From: Atractiella rhizophila
Taxonomy: Eukaryota
Assembly (NCBI GenBank): GCA_021432655.1
Contig: MU271478.1
Coordinates: 1 to 56,917 of the forward strand
Direction: 5' to 3'
Length of the DNA stretch: 56,917 nt
Shown: in pieces, positions 14,364 through 26,616 of the stretch
How positions within the stretch are numbered: the first letter of the stretch is position 1
Layout: the number at the start of each line of letters is the position of its first letter
Made by a program: the position numbers and the translations under genes
Notes under the pieces: generated by a model
What the model was told of the DNA's origin: nothing
The model's database searches: none
What the model saw: only the letters and a program-made list of their open reading frames with translations

Positions 14364-14837
14364 CCTTTCTCTTGGCTTTTATTTATAAGGCGCCTCAGTC
14401 GACTGGGCCTTGGTGCTTTCGAGGCAGAAAGTATTAGCAAAAGCAAGCAAAGAGCGAGGCGGAGGAGAGGAGAGTGTTGGTTTTCTTGGAACGGAATGGG
14501 GAGACTGCACTGCCTGTGCTTCAGTTATCCACTCCGACCATGCGCAGACCAAACATGACAAGGACACGCTCCATTCCCTTCAATCCTTATCGATTTTGTC
14601 ACCTCACCTCACCGGACTTCTGTATCCCACAAACTTTCCTTGACCCATACCGCAAAATCCTCCGTAACATCGGTTAAGCATTCATTCCAGACAGCTTGGC
14701 ACACACTGAGCGAAAAGATACAAAGCTTAAAAAAGCACAACTTTCTTCCCAAATTAAGAACCAGCAGATGGTAGATCAACATCCCGAGACTGAGGTCGGG
14801 TCGGGAAGGAGAAAAGACGGAATGGACGGGAAAACAA

Positions 14838-16385
14838 TCACTGTTGCTCCATGCCTTCCAGTCCACCGAACCCTTGAGGCGTCAACCCACCCGGCTGCAA
14901 GCTGTCAATCAGCTCCTCTCTCTGTCTCTTCTCCCTCCCCTGCACACTTCCATCCACATCTCCATCCTCGAATCCCAGACCGTCCATCTTCCTCTTCCCT
15001 CCACCACTTCCACCCCCACCTCCTCCCCCAGCATTACCTTCGAGTCCAGAGGAAGCGAGACCGACGTCAAAGTCCACGACGGATTCAGCGGGATGGAGTG
15101 GCGCCGCGTTCTTTCGAGGTCTTCCGGGTTTCCTCGGCGCGGTCTGTTGCTGCTGAGTCGTTGTTGTCATTGGCTGTTGATGCTGTTGAGGGTACGGAAG
15201 GGAGATATTTTGGAGGGAAGGATCGATTGAAGCGGCCATGCTACTGGCATGGGCAGCTTGCGTCTGCGGCTGAGTTTGTCGAGGTCGGACTTGATTCGCC
15301 TTCGGTGGTGGAGGACGACGACCTTGAGTATGCATCTGAGTCTGAGTTTGAAGTGCTCGCTGGATCACGTTCACGTCCGGCACTTCTCCTCCCATCCCTC
15401 CCACTCCATCCGCACTCCCTCCAACCACGACCGGAATGTCTCCCTCCCCCTCCAATCCCTCCATCCCTCCCACGTGTCCTCCATCTCCGTCTTCACCACC
15501 ATCGTCCATCTCACCTACCAATCCTCCAATGCCAACGCCAACGCCTGGAAGAGAATGCAACTGCATCTGTTCCGGCGGCACAAAATTCCTCGGATCGATC
15601 TGGCCTCCAGTGCTGACGGGCACTCGATTCCTGGGATCGATAGTCTCGCTCCCATAGTTCCTAGGATAATTACCCGAGAGGTTCGATGGCGGGTTGTAGT
15701 GTCGAAGGAACGCGTCCTTCTTCCCTCCTCTCGTCGGTGGCACTTGGGATTGGGAGGTTGGTGGAGCAGATGGGAGAGGGAGTGTAGATGGGTCCACGGG
15801 AGCGGGTGGCCAGCTTTCGGTTGGTTCTTCTGGGTTTGGAGCCGTTAGACATCTCTGTTTCCATCCAACACGAATGAGAACGGTGTTAGCTAGGCTATAG
15901 GAAGCGTAGAAACACAAGGGGATGGAAAAGGAACAAGGAGGCGTACCTGGATCAACTCTTTCCCCTCTTTCTCGACAACAATAGGTTGTAATTTCTCAGT
16001 CGAGTACGTGTACACCAGTCCGCTCTCCGACACGATGAGGAGAAGAACTTGGGTCCCCGTGAGGACGGACAGTTCGAATGCTTTCTTCATGATCCCAGCT
16101 TTGCGTTTCGAGAACGTGATGTGTCTCCTCGACCTATCCTGTACATACTCTTCACACGCACACCAGAGTAAATATCAGCCCTATCTTCTTCCCACCTAGC
16201 TTTGACAGAGACACATTCAAGAGAAACATACCAATATCGATCCTCCTCCTGCTGGGTGGTTCCTTCCCTGGCTTCCCTTCCTCCTCCACATCCCCGTCCA
16301 TAGGATTAACATGGCTAAAGACCAATCCCTCAGACTCTAGCTGAGCAGTCGCATTGGCTGCGTTGTTGGTGGCTGATGTCGACAT
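14838..16385 (-). CDS. MCM1: SRF-type MADS-box transcription factor
   Basis: Spliced RRRIDIEYVQDRSRRHITFSKRKAGIMKKAFELSVLTGTQVLLLIVSESGLVYTYST..LQPIV...GKELIQRCL, followed by a low-complexity Q/G/P tail. Confidence 0.93.
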
Positions 16386-16517
16386 TTTCCTGGTTGGGAA
16401 TAATCGATTTGGGAAGTTGCCTGAACAGGACGTTGACTTTTCATCCCAAAATTACTTGCGGGTCGGTCCTCACCACAGTTCAGCTGAAAGGACTAACAAA
16501 ACAACTAAAGACCACCC

Positions 16518-17207
16518 ATGTCCACTGTGGCCCTTGGGACCCATTTCGAGTCTCTGTCCCATGCTTTCCTCACTCGCACCTTGCACATGTCCCTCCGCCA
16601 AGTTGGACAGGCGAACGACCGCGGCGTCGACCTCAGGGGCTGGTGGTGTCTCCCTGACAGACGACTGAGGGTCATAGGCCAGTGCAAGTGGAGCCTCAAG
16701 TCCAAGGTCGCCCCCAGGGTATTCAGGGAGCTTGAAGGTACCGTTCTTCGGTCTCATCTGGTCGGTGGCGAGAATGGAGAGGTGGATGGAGCTGTGGGAG
16801 GAGAGAAGGAAGGAGTGTTGGGCGTGTTGTGTGCTAGCAGAGGCTTTACGAAGGAAGCGATGAGGTATTGGAGCGGAAGTCGCGTTCCTCTCATGCTCGT
16901 TCAAGTCGACGACTCTGTCATCCTCTCCTTCCTTCGTTCCTCTGCATCAAACGCGTCAAACGCGTCAAACACGGGTGTATGGGGAGGAGGAGTGGAGCAA
17001 CAAGTGAGGTGCGAAACAATCTTGTGGAACGATGCGGCGCGTGGCGTATTGGGAGAGAAATTTAGCACGGAGTGGAGGAGGAAGATGGGGAGGGATGGGA
17101 AGGTTGTTGAGGGTCCTGTGGTCCTTTGGAATGGTGAGGAGGTGAGAGATTCGCGTCCCTTAGAGTGGAGGAAGAGTGGTTACGAGGTCAGAGATTGGAG
17201 CGTATAG
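16518..17207 (+). CDS. RRG7: RRG7/DUF2034 family, PD-(D/E)XK restriction-endonuclease-like protein (single exon)
   Basis: STVALGTHFE...LRQVGQANDRGVDLRGWW...VIGQCK...PRVFRELEG...GFT..A, which I recognise as the RRG7-type pattern. Confidence 0.75.
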   Translation: MSTVALGTHFESLSHAFLTRTLHMSLRQVGQANDRGVDLRGWWCLPDRRLRVIGQCKWSLKSKVAPRVFRELEGTVLRSHLVGGENGEVDGAVGGEKEGVLGVLCASRGFTKEAMRYWSGSRVPLMLVQVDDSVILSFLRSSASNASNASNTGVWGGGVEQQVRCETILWNDAARGVLGEKFSTEWRRKMGRDGKVVEGPVVLWNGEEVRDSRPLEWRKSGYEVRDWSV

Positions 17208-17325
17208 TAGTGAGTTATCATTGTTTTGTTGACATCCAATATTTAGTATTTCTGTTTGGTATTGGGCAGACTGCACGTTTTACACCTCTGAACGCTTGGT
17301 TATCCCTTCTATCTTTCTTTCATGT

Positions 17326-18675
17326 TTAAAATTGAGCGACCCTCCAAAACTTCTCTCTCTCCAACACGACCACATTTGCCACCTTCGCCTCTTCCCCCTC
17401 TCCCATCCTCAACAACCCTTTACTTTCGAATCCGACATCCTCAAGGTACCGAATCATCTTCGCATTCCTGTGATCCGGATCGCACACGACTCTCTCAGTT
17501 CGAGAGTCGGCCATGAAGACGTAATGACACAGGCTGGTCAACCAGGCTTTCACACGATGAGGACCACGTTGGGTGGAGAGAGAAGAGCCGACAAGGAAGT
17601 GCAGGCCTCGATCGTACGGGTGCGGAGTGTAAGAGATGGGGAGGTGAGATGGAGGGAGGGAGAGATAATGCGCCAACTTGTCTTCGAAAGCCCAATAAAT
17701 TTCGACTGCAAGGTCCACCAAGAAACCGTAAGTATTTCTTTTTCTTCCATGAGGAGAAGATGTAGACGCACAGTAACTGAACCACCCTTGGGTAGTCATC
17801 CTATCCTTCACGTCTTTTTTCCCTTCCTGTTCCCCATCCGGAACAACTCCTCCAACCTTCCACTCCCCCAAACTAGGTATCGTCCTCCCTCCCCCACCCT
17901 CAAATCGCTCAAGCAACCACTTCCTCCTCGCCTCTTCATCCTCCCTCCAATCTCCCCAAAACTCATCCACCCTAGGATCGTTCAACCACTTCTGTAAAGT
18001 CGCTATCGCACCTTCTTCATGCAACGGGAAAACACGTAAAGAGAGCGAGACCTGTGTTTCCAACGTAGAGAGGGAGGGAATGAGCCTTTCGTAGAAAGGT
18101 TTATTGAAAGAAGGGAGAGGAGGACGTTTGGGATGCGAGCGAGGATGTGGTTGGATCTTGTTCGTCGTTGGAACACCTCGTGGAACAGTGATTGATGGAA
18201 GAGTGGGAAAGGGGACTGGAGGAGAAGTGAAGTTGAGATAGAGCTGGTGTAGGCTTTGGATTGGGATGAGAACTGCGTTTTCTTGAGGAGGTGGAAAACC
18301 TAGTGCTTGAAGCGCGGAGGAGAGAGAATTAGAGGAAAGCGAAGAGAGCAGCTTGTCCGTCTTTTCAGTCGTTGATGTCACAGTTTGAGAGATTTGAGAT
18401 TCATCGAATTTGAAAGGTATCTTGAGATGACCTTGTTGAACCATCGTATCCTCCCTGTTCAATATTTTCCCTGATACCCATAATCCATACCCTATTCCCC
18501 AGAGCTCGAGCGGAGTGATCACAGTGGAAGAGCTCAGAGGGTCGGCTGCAGAGAAGCTGAAAACCTTCCCATCGATTTTGATGCTCGGGTCCTTGGACTC
18601 GAGGCTATGGGACACCTCAATCGACGGCGAAGGAGTGATCTGGAGTGTTCCGATTTGATTGTCCTGACTGGTCAT
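17326..18675 (-). CDS. Hydroxyornithine/hydroxylysine N-acyltransferase (AlcB/IucB/SidF/SidL-like GNAT), siderophore biosynthesis
   Basis: KWLNDPRVDEFWG, (Y)FEIYWAFEDKL, YDRGLHFLVG..RGPHRVKAWLTSLCHYVFMADSRTERVVCDPDHRNAKMIRYL. One in-frame 66-nt intron at 17706-17771. Confidence 0.88.
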   Translation of the reverse strand: MTSQDNQIGTLQITPSPSIEVSHSLESKDPSIKIDGKVFSFSAADPLSSSTVITPLELWGIGYGLWVSGKILNREDTMVQQGHLKIPFKFDESQISQTVTSTTEKTDKLLSSLSSNSLSSALQALGFPPPQENAVLIPIQSLHQLYLNFTSPPVPFPTLPSITVPRGVPTTNKIQPHPRSHPKRPPLPSFNKPFYERLIPSLSTLETQVSLSLRVFPLHEEGAIATLQKWLNDPRVDEFWGDWREDEEARRKWLLERFEGGGGRTIPSLGEWKVGGVVPDGEQEGKKDVKDRMTTQGWFSYCASTSSPHGRKRNTYGFLVDLAVEIYWAFEDKLAHYLSLPPSHLPISYTPHPYDRGLHFLVGSSLSTQRGPHRVKAWLTSLCHYVFMADSRTERVVCDPDHRNAKMIRYLEDVGFESKGLLRMGEGEEAKVANVVVLEREKFWRVAQF

Positions 18676-18705
18676 GGTTCCTCGATGTTGACGATATCCT
18701 GTTAC

Positions 18706-18827
18706 TTATCTGATGAGATGTTTGTCTTGTCTGATAAAAATCTGATCAAGGTTCTCGGAGCTTATGGTTACAGCGGCTTCTTCATCTTCATTCATTTCAA
18801 CTCAGACTCTGATTAAAAGTTTGATAA
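18706..18827. promoter_or_regulatory. Cluster of iron-repressor GATA boxes (SreA/Urbs1/Fep1 type)
   Basis: ATCAGATAA on the minus strand at 18706-18714, GTCTGATAA 18729-18737, ATCTGATCA 18740-18748 and TTGATAA 18821-18827, all 31-152 bp upstream of the acyltransferase ATG. Confidence 0.65.
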
Positions 18828-18986
18828 CGATCGAGTTATGAAGCTATCATAAGTGACGCAGCAAATAAAGCTCAAGACCACGGGAAGAGAACCTTTGTAT
18901 TATCTTCTTCACCAGTATTACACCATGTAGCAATCGAAATTCGAAAAAGGGACAAAGAAAGACCAGACAGAGAAATAAGAAAGGGA

Positions 18987-19703
18987 TTACACTATCTTCT
19001 CGCTCAACCTCTTGAACAGTTTAACAACCCAGCACTTCTTCCGCTCTGCCTCCTCCTTTCTCCTCTTCTCCGCTTCTTTTTCCCTGATATGCCGGGTAGC
19101 CTTCCGCTGCTTCCTGTACTCTGCCACTTCCACTCTCAAGGCAAGGGTAGCACTATCGTCCGGAACGATTTGGATGGATTTCCTCTGGCTGGAGGGGGAT
19201 GGCGAAGAGGATGCGCTTGAGGATGGAGAAGTGGTAGTGGACCTCTTCCACGGCGCATTGGTCCTTTGGAAGCAGATCATCTCGAACGGCGGCATGGTAC
19301 GAGGATCTTTCGGATGAGGGTTGAACTGTTGAAATATTACACTCTGTGAATTTCAAAGCTAGAATACTCACACTCCACTTCGGAACTTCAGTAATCTCGC
19401 CTGACTTACTCTTTCTCTTCAGATCCTCCTTGAGATAAGCTCTTCTCCACTCGTAGCATTTCCCTGGTTCCTAACTCGTCTCGTCAGTTTTGAAGAGCAA
19501 GAAGCTGTAAAGCTTACTGGGTTGCAAAAAGGGGAACAGGCTGTGCTGGAGTCAACGAAGCAGATAGGATACTTTTCCCCATTAATGACTAAGTGGGTAT
19601 ATGGCGCCATTCTCTTAAAGCGCTGATGCTCTAAGAGGTTCACTGTTGGTTGTTGTGCTTCGTGGAGGAGTGGATTATTAACGGCGTGTTGGTGTCCCGA
19701 CAT
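18987..19703 (-). CDS. Hypothetical three-exon orphan protein with a basic C-terminal coiled segment
   Basis: ATG at 19703. Canonical introns 19471-19517 and 19326-19371 join three open frames in phase (CSPFCNP|EPGKCYEW...PKWS|FNPHPKDPRTMPPFE...). Stop at 18987. Confidence 0.6.
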
Positions 19704-20953
19704 TTCGATGAGCGGGAACGGGTTGCGGAAGGAACAGCGTCCCGACAATTCGATGAGCCGGTGGCTAACTAGGACGCGACGCGACGAAGAAGGAAAGTTC
19801 TCGTCATAGATAATGAACAAAGAACTTTCATGGACACAACTTTTCCTCACAAAATACACTTCAGTCTTCTGCACTCGTGAGTGTGCTACTCATCTATCTG
19901 CAATTGCAACTAAATGATTTGGATAATTTCGTTCGTCAATATGTAAGAACAATCAAGATTCTGCAATGTCAAGATGTCGGGAGGTTCTGACACTCAATGA
20001 TCCATTGACGAAGATCGCCGAGTTCTTTAGCCAACCTTTTTCTCTTCGCTCCTTGAATCTCCATCACTCCCTAAACTCCGATGAGGAAGAGGAGGATGGA
20101 ACTGTCTATGATACGGAGCGGCAGTTCTGACATCGTAGTTGAGCTGCTCTAAGGCTGCTGACCACTCATTACCAAGAGGAAGTAAAAGTGTCATGCACCT
20201 CTCAATCCGTGCTCTAATGTGGCTTCAGAAACTTTCTTCTGATAGAGCCCAAGAGTTTGTGTGTGAGATTTGTCCCACATTGCTAGAACCATAAAAATCG
20301 ACTCCTCACATGTTCTAGGCTCCTCGCATATCATTCCCCTCTCTCAGCACAACGAAAGCCAGGCAGTATTACATTCATGCCATCCTGTAAGATCAGCAGA
20401 TCCCTCCTCATGAAGGGAAATTAGTCCTTGTGCGCTGAGCATTGTGATGGTTGGTGGTTGAGTTGAAAAAAAAAATGCAGGTCGCTTTACCGTCCGCGGC
20501 GTACGGTCCAGGGTTCCACCGTGACTCGTCAACACAGCTTCCCCTTACACCAAGGCAAGGCGTGAGTTTCAGAAGTTCTATTATCGTGAACATCGGGCAG
20601 GAGAAAGTTGTGGAAAGTGTTGGGAGAAGCGTTAATGCGTAATAGAAAGAGAAAGAGCATCTTCTCAATCAAGCTCAACCCTTCGTGAGTACGAACGCTG
20701 CATCCAGCGGCACCTCGCTCTTACCTTTCTGCGATCAAACTATACCAAGTCAAAATATGTTGGCTCAGGTTGGTTGGTAAACGAGTGCGCGGTTTATTTA
20801 GCCAATAGGATGCCCTCTTGAGTCCCTTGGGACCGCTAGAAATTATGCAGAAGTGTTTTCACGCACTTTGAGCTATTAGTCCAGTCGAATCCGCTCCTCC
20901 AGCTCAGTTTTGTGAAAACCTGTGATGAATGACATTTTCTTGAATTGTAGAAC

Positions 20954-23064
20954 ATGTCCTCTCTCAACGAGATCGTTAACCCGTCCTCCTTACATCCGAT
21001 AACCAAAGTGACCCTTCACCCCAACCGAGCCATTATCACTCGTTCTATAACAGCACACCTTGAAGAAGGCGAGAATCATCTGACAATCACACATCTGTCT
21101 TCATGCATCATTGACAGAAGCTTGCGGTTCGGCTTCCTTATCATACCTCCGTATACCCCACTTGGCTGAACAAGCTGTTGTTGTTTGATCAGAGCGAAAG
21201 CGAAGGCGTTTGTTGAAACGAGGATCAAACACGTCGACTTCGTGTCCAACAGCCTCGACAGCACAAAGAAAAAAGACGAAGATCCCAAAGTCCTTGAGTT
21301 GGAAAAAGAGCTCCAAAGGAGCGAAGAAAAGAGAATACTCACGCAATGGAAAATCGATACCTTCAGGTCTTACATCCAGTCTGCTAATGCGGAACAAGGT
21401 GATCACCCATCCTCTTCCTCCTTTCTTCTAAATGATAACCTTGGATGAATAGTTCCCATCGAGAAGGCTGATGAGCTTTGGAGAATTCAAGACAGGCGTG
21501 CTGAGGAGCTGATGAATGAATTGAGGGAAGTGAATGAAAAACTGGAGAACGTGAAGTTGCAATTGGAGGAAGAAAAGGAGCGCGTAGACGGACAGAAGGA
21601 TGACCTCGAAGAAGAAAACATGAAAACTCTGACCTCTAAAGCAAAAATTGAAATATGGGCGGTGGCGGAGACGGACATTGAGCTGGAGATGACCTATGGT
21701 ATGCCCATTCTCGCCCTACACACAAGTAACTTACCAAATTGGGAAGCTGTCACGAATGCATCTTGGACTCCGGCTTACGACGCGTCCCTGAGCATTCCTG
21801 GTAACAAGTCGGATCCGGAAAAGTCGACACAAGAGGAAGAGCTGAAGCTGACGTATCAAGCTCTCCTCTCTCAGAGTACGGGAGAAGTATGTCGTTTCAT
21901 TACGACTGTAGACGCGCTGACATCTGAAAAAGGAGTGGACCAATGTTTCTCTTACCCTATCGACCGCCATCCTGTCCTCTTCTCTTTTCTCGTTTGATAA
22001 CGCCCTACCCACTCTTTCACGGTGGACTATCGGATATCATCGACCAGATCCACCTTCAAATACCGGTCAGTCCCTCTTCGGCAGTCCGGCCACCGTCAAT
22101 ACCACCCACACTGCCTACACTGCCTACGGTATTAAAGGCACTACCCAACCTAACGCATTTTCTTTTGGTGCACAAGCGGTAAAGAACGTGCCAACAAACA
22201 AACAACCAAAAGTGGAAGCGACTGAATTGACAGCAGAATTCAAGGGTGAAGGTGCACTGAGTGCGACGTTCCAAGTAAAAGGAACAATTAGCTTGCGATC
22301 TTCAGCCGTGTCTCAAAAAGGCTGGAGTAAAAGGGGAGTAGAGCGACGGTTGGTTGTCACTGAGCTTTCTTTCCCCAGGACATTGGAGTGGATTTGTGTC
22401 CCAAGAAGTAGAAGGGCTGTGGTTCTCCTGGTTGGCTTCCCTTCTCGTACTTACCAAGTCTAAATTGATCCCATCTGACAGGCGAAAGCAAGGAATACAT
22501 CTGCCTTCCCTCTGATGAAAGGGGAAGTGGCAGTCCATCTTGACGGAGATTTCGTCGGAACTTCCACTCTCCATAATGTTAACTCTGGAGCAGAATTTTC
22601 TCTAAACCTGGGGTTAGTAACCAATTCTTGGCTCCCTTAGTCAGGAGTAACTGACACCATTTTGTAGCGCCGCGCCCTCTATGCTTGTCACATATCCCCC
22701 CCTCTCAAAACTGCTCTCCACCGCCGGTCTGATCTCAAAGACGGACATGTACTCTTACACCAGAACTATCACGTTGCAATACACCAAATTGGTTGCCCCT
22801 CCGACTACCGTGTTGGTCAAAGATCAAATACCGATCTCTGAGGATGCTACGTTGACTGTCAAGCTTCTCACACCTTCACTCTCAGCGAATTGGAAGGAGC
22901 TTAAGCCTGAAAAGGGAGTTATGAGTAGGCTGGGAGAGGTCGAAGGAGAAATCGAGTGGAAGGTAACATTAAAAGGCGGGGACACAAAAGAACTCAAGCT
23001 GGAATGGGAAGTGGGAGCTGACGCGGGAGAGAAAGTGCGAGGTCTTGATTCTTCTTTTCCCTGA
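20954..23064 (+). CDS. DUF4140/DUF4139 protein (mucoidy-inhibitor-A-like)
   Basis: N-terminal ITKVTLHPNRAIITR...G.N.LTI..LS..I...SLR, a coiled coil, YAVTNASWTPAYD, QSTGEEWTNVSLTLST, V.LDGDFVGTS, and C-terminal VLVKDQIPISED...G.IEW.V.L. Confidence 0.82.
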
Positions 23065-23444
23065 AGAACCCATGCTCGAAATCAAGAGTTGGGAAGAAGT
23101 TGCTCAAGTTTTCCCGTATTCAAAAGTTCAATCAATGTGTAACGGAATCGACATCTGCTCCAAACGGAATGTACTAGTACGATTGATTTGTAATAGCATC
23201 AGCAAATTGACTGTGATCGCGTTTGAACTGACTATATACCACAGCATGGATTGGGCGTGCTTTGACCACTAAAGCTCGTCCCAGGTTTTCCTAGATGTTA
23301 TCTGTCCACAGGTCTAATGTCTAGAAAAGGGGAGGTGGTGCTTTTGAGGAAGTCATTTCAATCCACGGGCCATTTTTATAATCCAGTTGCATTGCAATTT
23401 TTGCCTCCTGCATCGTTATTGCGTACATTGAAAACTCCAGAAAA

Positions 23445-25649
23445 TCACTTATGCTTGATAAGAACGGCCTTAACCTGTACCGAGAAGGGTCAATCATCCT
23501 TTTTGAATGTCGAAGTGTCAGGAAGTCTTACCTCAAGCCAGTCATCCACACCTTTAGATCCTCCTTCTCTCCCAATGCCACTTTGTTTCCATCCTCCAAA
23601 CGGCATGTCTGCTGCTCCTTCAGGAGATGCACTATTCACGCCGACTTGTCCGGCTTCGAGTGCCTTTGCGACTCGAATGGCACGGTCGATGTCTTGCGTC
23701 CATACGGAGGCGTACAGACCGTCTGTACATAGAGTGAGATGAAGAGAAAAGTTGAAAGGAACTACAGACATTCCGTGTCGTTGGCACGACTGATGGCGTC
23801 CTCTTCTGTTTTGAACTTGTGCAGCACGACGACAGGTCCGAAAATTTCCTCTGCACGAAACAGATGTCAGAAATCATCCATCAACGTAGTGTAACAGACC
23901 CTTGTTGATTTTGGCTTGGTCGGACACATCCGTGAAGATAGTAGGCTGGAAAAAGTAACCCTTTTGCCATATTTCATGAGACCAGAAGAGAAGAGGAAGA
24001 AGAATCAGGCGCTTACCTTGTCTCCCGCCTTCTCCCCACCAATGAGCGCCTTTCCTTCCGTTTTGCCCGTTTCCAGATAGCTAGCAACTGTCTTTGCTTG
24101 TATTGAATCAGCTTGGGGTCTGATCACCTTTCCGTCACAAATTCACCCTCAGGAGAAGCGGAACAAACTTACCCATTCTGAGTGGCAAAGGCACCAAGCG
24201 CTTTCTTGTACGCCTCAGTGAACTTGTCAGCGATACCTTCCTGCACATAAACGCGAGATGTGGCCTATGCACAATGGCAGACAGATGTAAACCAATGAGA
24301 GGGGTGGCAGGATGAAAACGGACGGTACATGTCTGCCCGCTGTTTAAACCTATCGACAGCGCAAGCGTGGGAACAGCTCTTTCAAGATCTGCATCGTCAA
24401 ACACAATGGTGGGACTGTTTTTGATCGTTAATCCCGTTCTTCCATCCGTGCAGGATATATTCAGCACGTACCTCTTCCCACCGAGTTCCAGAGAAACGTT
24501 CTTTAAATTGCTGGCTGCTGCAGACTGAAGAACGCGCCTTCCAGTCCTGTATCGCCTTTAGAGGAGAAGATAGTTTTGAGAAATGAAAGGCAGCTACCTA
24601 GTTGAGCCAGTAAATGAGATTTTACGGATCTCCATGTGTTCAGCAAGTAATTGGCCTGTTATGCCCGCTCCGTTCAAAACATTGAGAATTCCTGAGTTCT
24701 TCGTCAGGACGCGATATCAACTGGTAAAAATCCTACCCGGTGGAATCCCAGCTTCAACGCTCAATTTGGCCAGCAGAAGGCCCTGTTGCTCTTATAAATA
24801 CCAAGCAACGAACTAGCAAAGGAAGACGAACCGAGAGAGGAGACTTCTCGCTACATTTCAGCAGAATGGCGTTTCCTATCTCCTTCATGTTAATTTATGA
24901 TTGATCTTCAGAAACTTGACATACCGGCTGCGATGGCTGGAGCAACCTTTGATACGAACATGATGAGGGGATAGTTCCACGGCACAATACCAGCGACGAC
25001 TCCGAAAGGCTGTCTGATCTCAAGGTTCAGGTTCCCAGGAGTGTTGAGCGAGGTGTGCCCTCCTACGCTCGTGGATAAGGCTGCCGCGTGGTCTACCATG
25101 TTCGCAGCGATTGGGGCATCCACTCCTGCGTATCGCCCAGCTGGCCTTCAGTGACGTTAGGCCAAGTTTGAAGTCTACACGGAAGCAAGAGACGCACACG
25201 CCCATGCTTCGCGAGTCAAGCTGATGTGTCCACAGGCAAGCTTCACTTCATAGCTCATGCACGGGGAGGGAGGACGGACCTCGCCTAATTTTGCACCCGA
25301 TTGCAGGATGAGCTGAGCCCATTTTCTGAGCACTGCGCTTCTCTCAGCCGCGCTCTTCGCAGCCCAAGCTGGTTGTGCAGCCTTCGCAGCTAGATGTCCA
25401 GAAGTCAGCTTACAATTTGCTGAGAGAAGAAAATCCAACCGGCAACTGCAGCGTTTACATCGTCCGCGTCAGCTTCGTGTACCTCAGCGGTCAACTCTTC
25501 GGTAGCTGGATTGTGCACCTGAAATGTCTTCCCTTTGCTCGAAGGCACGAATTGGCCGTTGATGAAAAGTCGGCTACACTTCCTAGTTCAACAGTGGACA
25601 GTTGATGTGATGTGAGAACTCACGTTTCGATGTCTTTTGTGGAAGTCAT
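23445..25649 (-). CDS. Aldehyde dehydrogenase (many short exons)
   Basis: [59 protein letters not shown] (catalytic Cys), [29 protein letters not shown]. Stop TGA at 23445-23447. Confidence 0.94.
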
Positions 25650-26616
25650 ATTGTTTAAGATTGAGACCCAAAATCCTCAGCAGTTTCGAGACGACGATGT
25701 AGAACTTGAAGGTAAGATCTGTCAACAGTTTAAATACCAATGGTACAGTAATCAAGCTCAAGGCGGGGCTTATGCCTCCACATATAGGAGCGATCATTAC
25801 AAGCGGGGAGTAACGAAGAAGCGGAGTGCACAAGATGCACATGAAGAAAATGAAGTAACCGGGATAAATCGATTCGGATGAATCTGCCTTTCGTGAGCTG
25901 TGGAGACACAGATGCCACTTTTACAACACGTGCCCTATCCATGGATACGCATCCCGCGGCGTAGGGGATCCATCTTGCCCAACTTGAAGAGTTCTGAATT
26001 CAAGTTTGAAGTTTGTGCCTACTGCAATGGCATGACGGGAGTACGAGATCCTTTCATACATGCAGTTCACGCATTCATAAGCGGGAGTTAAGTTGGCCAG
26101 ATCGCTGAAGAGGCTGAAGAGGTGCTTTCAAGGAAAAGCAGTGAAAATGGAAATGGATCGAGGATGCGCCAGCTGATTGGTTGCTTAAACGAGGGCCACC
26201 CTGGACGACCCGGACCTCCCACTGGCGGCGCGATGAACAATGTAGTAAGCGAAGCGAATTGGACACTTACCAAGTTGGTTGAGGGAAGCGGTGTTTTACC
26301 TCCTGCTGATTCTTTTGCCGTTCTTCAAGTCGCTTCGCGAATTGCATACTAAGGGGTAACAAATCTGCAGTTGGGCAGTGGTTAAACCACGAGCTAGGTG
26401 ACAGTAATGGTCAATCCAGTCGTTCGTGATGAATTCAGGTCCAGACGATTCAAACAGGGGATGTCGTGGATCCTGGCGCAACTGAAGTTTCTCTAAGATC
26501 ATGAAAGCCGTGTATTCCCCTAGAGAGCCCATGTATATACAATATGAACGCATAAATGGTTCTAATGTACTGCAAACCGTGAATGCCCTACCCTCTCAAC
26601 ATCGCAAAACTCGGTG

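Noticed and set aside
14696..15848. 306-aa and 199-aa plus-strand ORFs
   Set aside because: Antisense to the low-complexity MCM1 C-terminal exon, with no independent domain.
16518..17207. Restriction-endonuclease-like gene considered as a horizontally acquired defence system
   Set aside because: Matches the widespread fungal RRG7 family, with no partner methylase or compositional anomaly.
19900..20900. Possible degenerate gene or TE relic with an acidic DEEEEDG stretch
   Set aside because: No consistent frame, domain, terminal repeats or target-site duplication could be supported.
25941..25973. Hairpin with GCGTAGGG upstream of the ALDH gene, considered as a TPP riboswitch
   Set aside because: Lacks the CTGAGA and other core aptamer motifs, and the gene is not thiamine-related.
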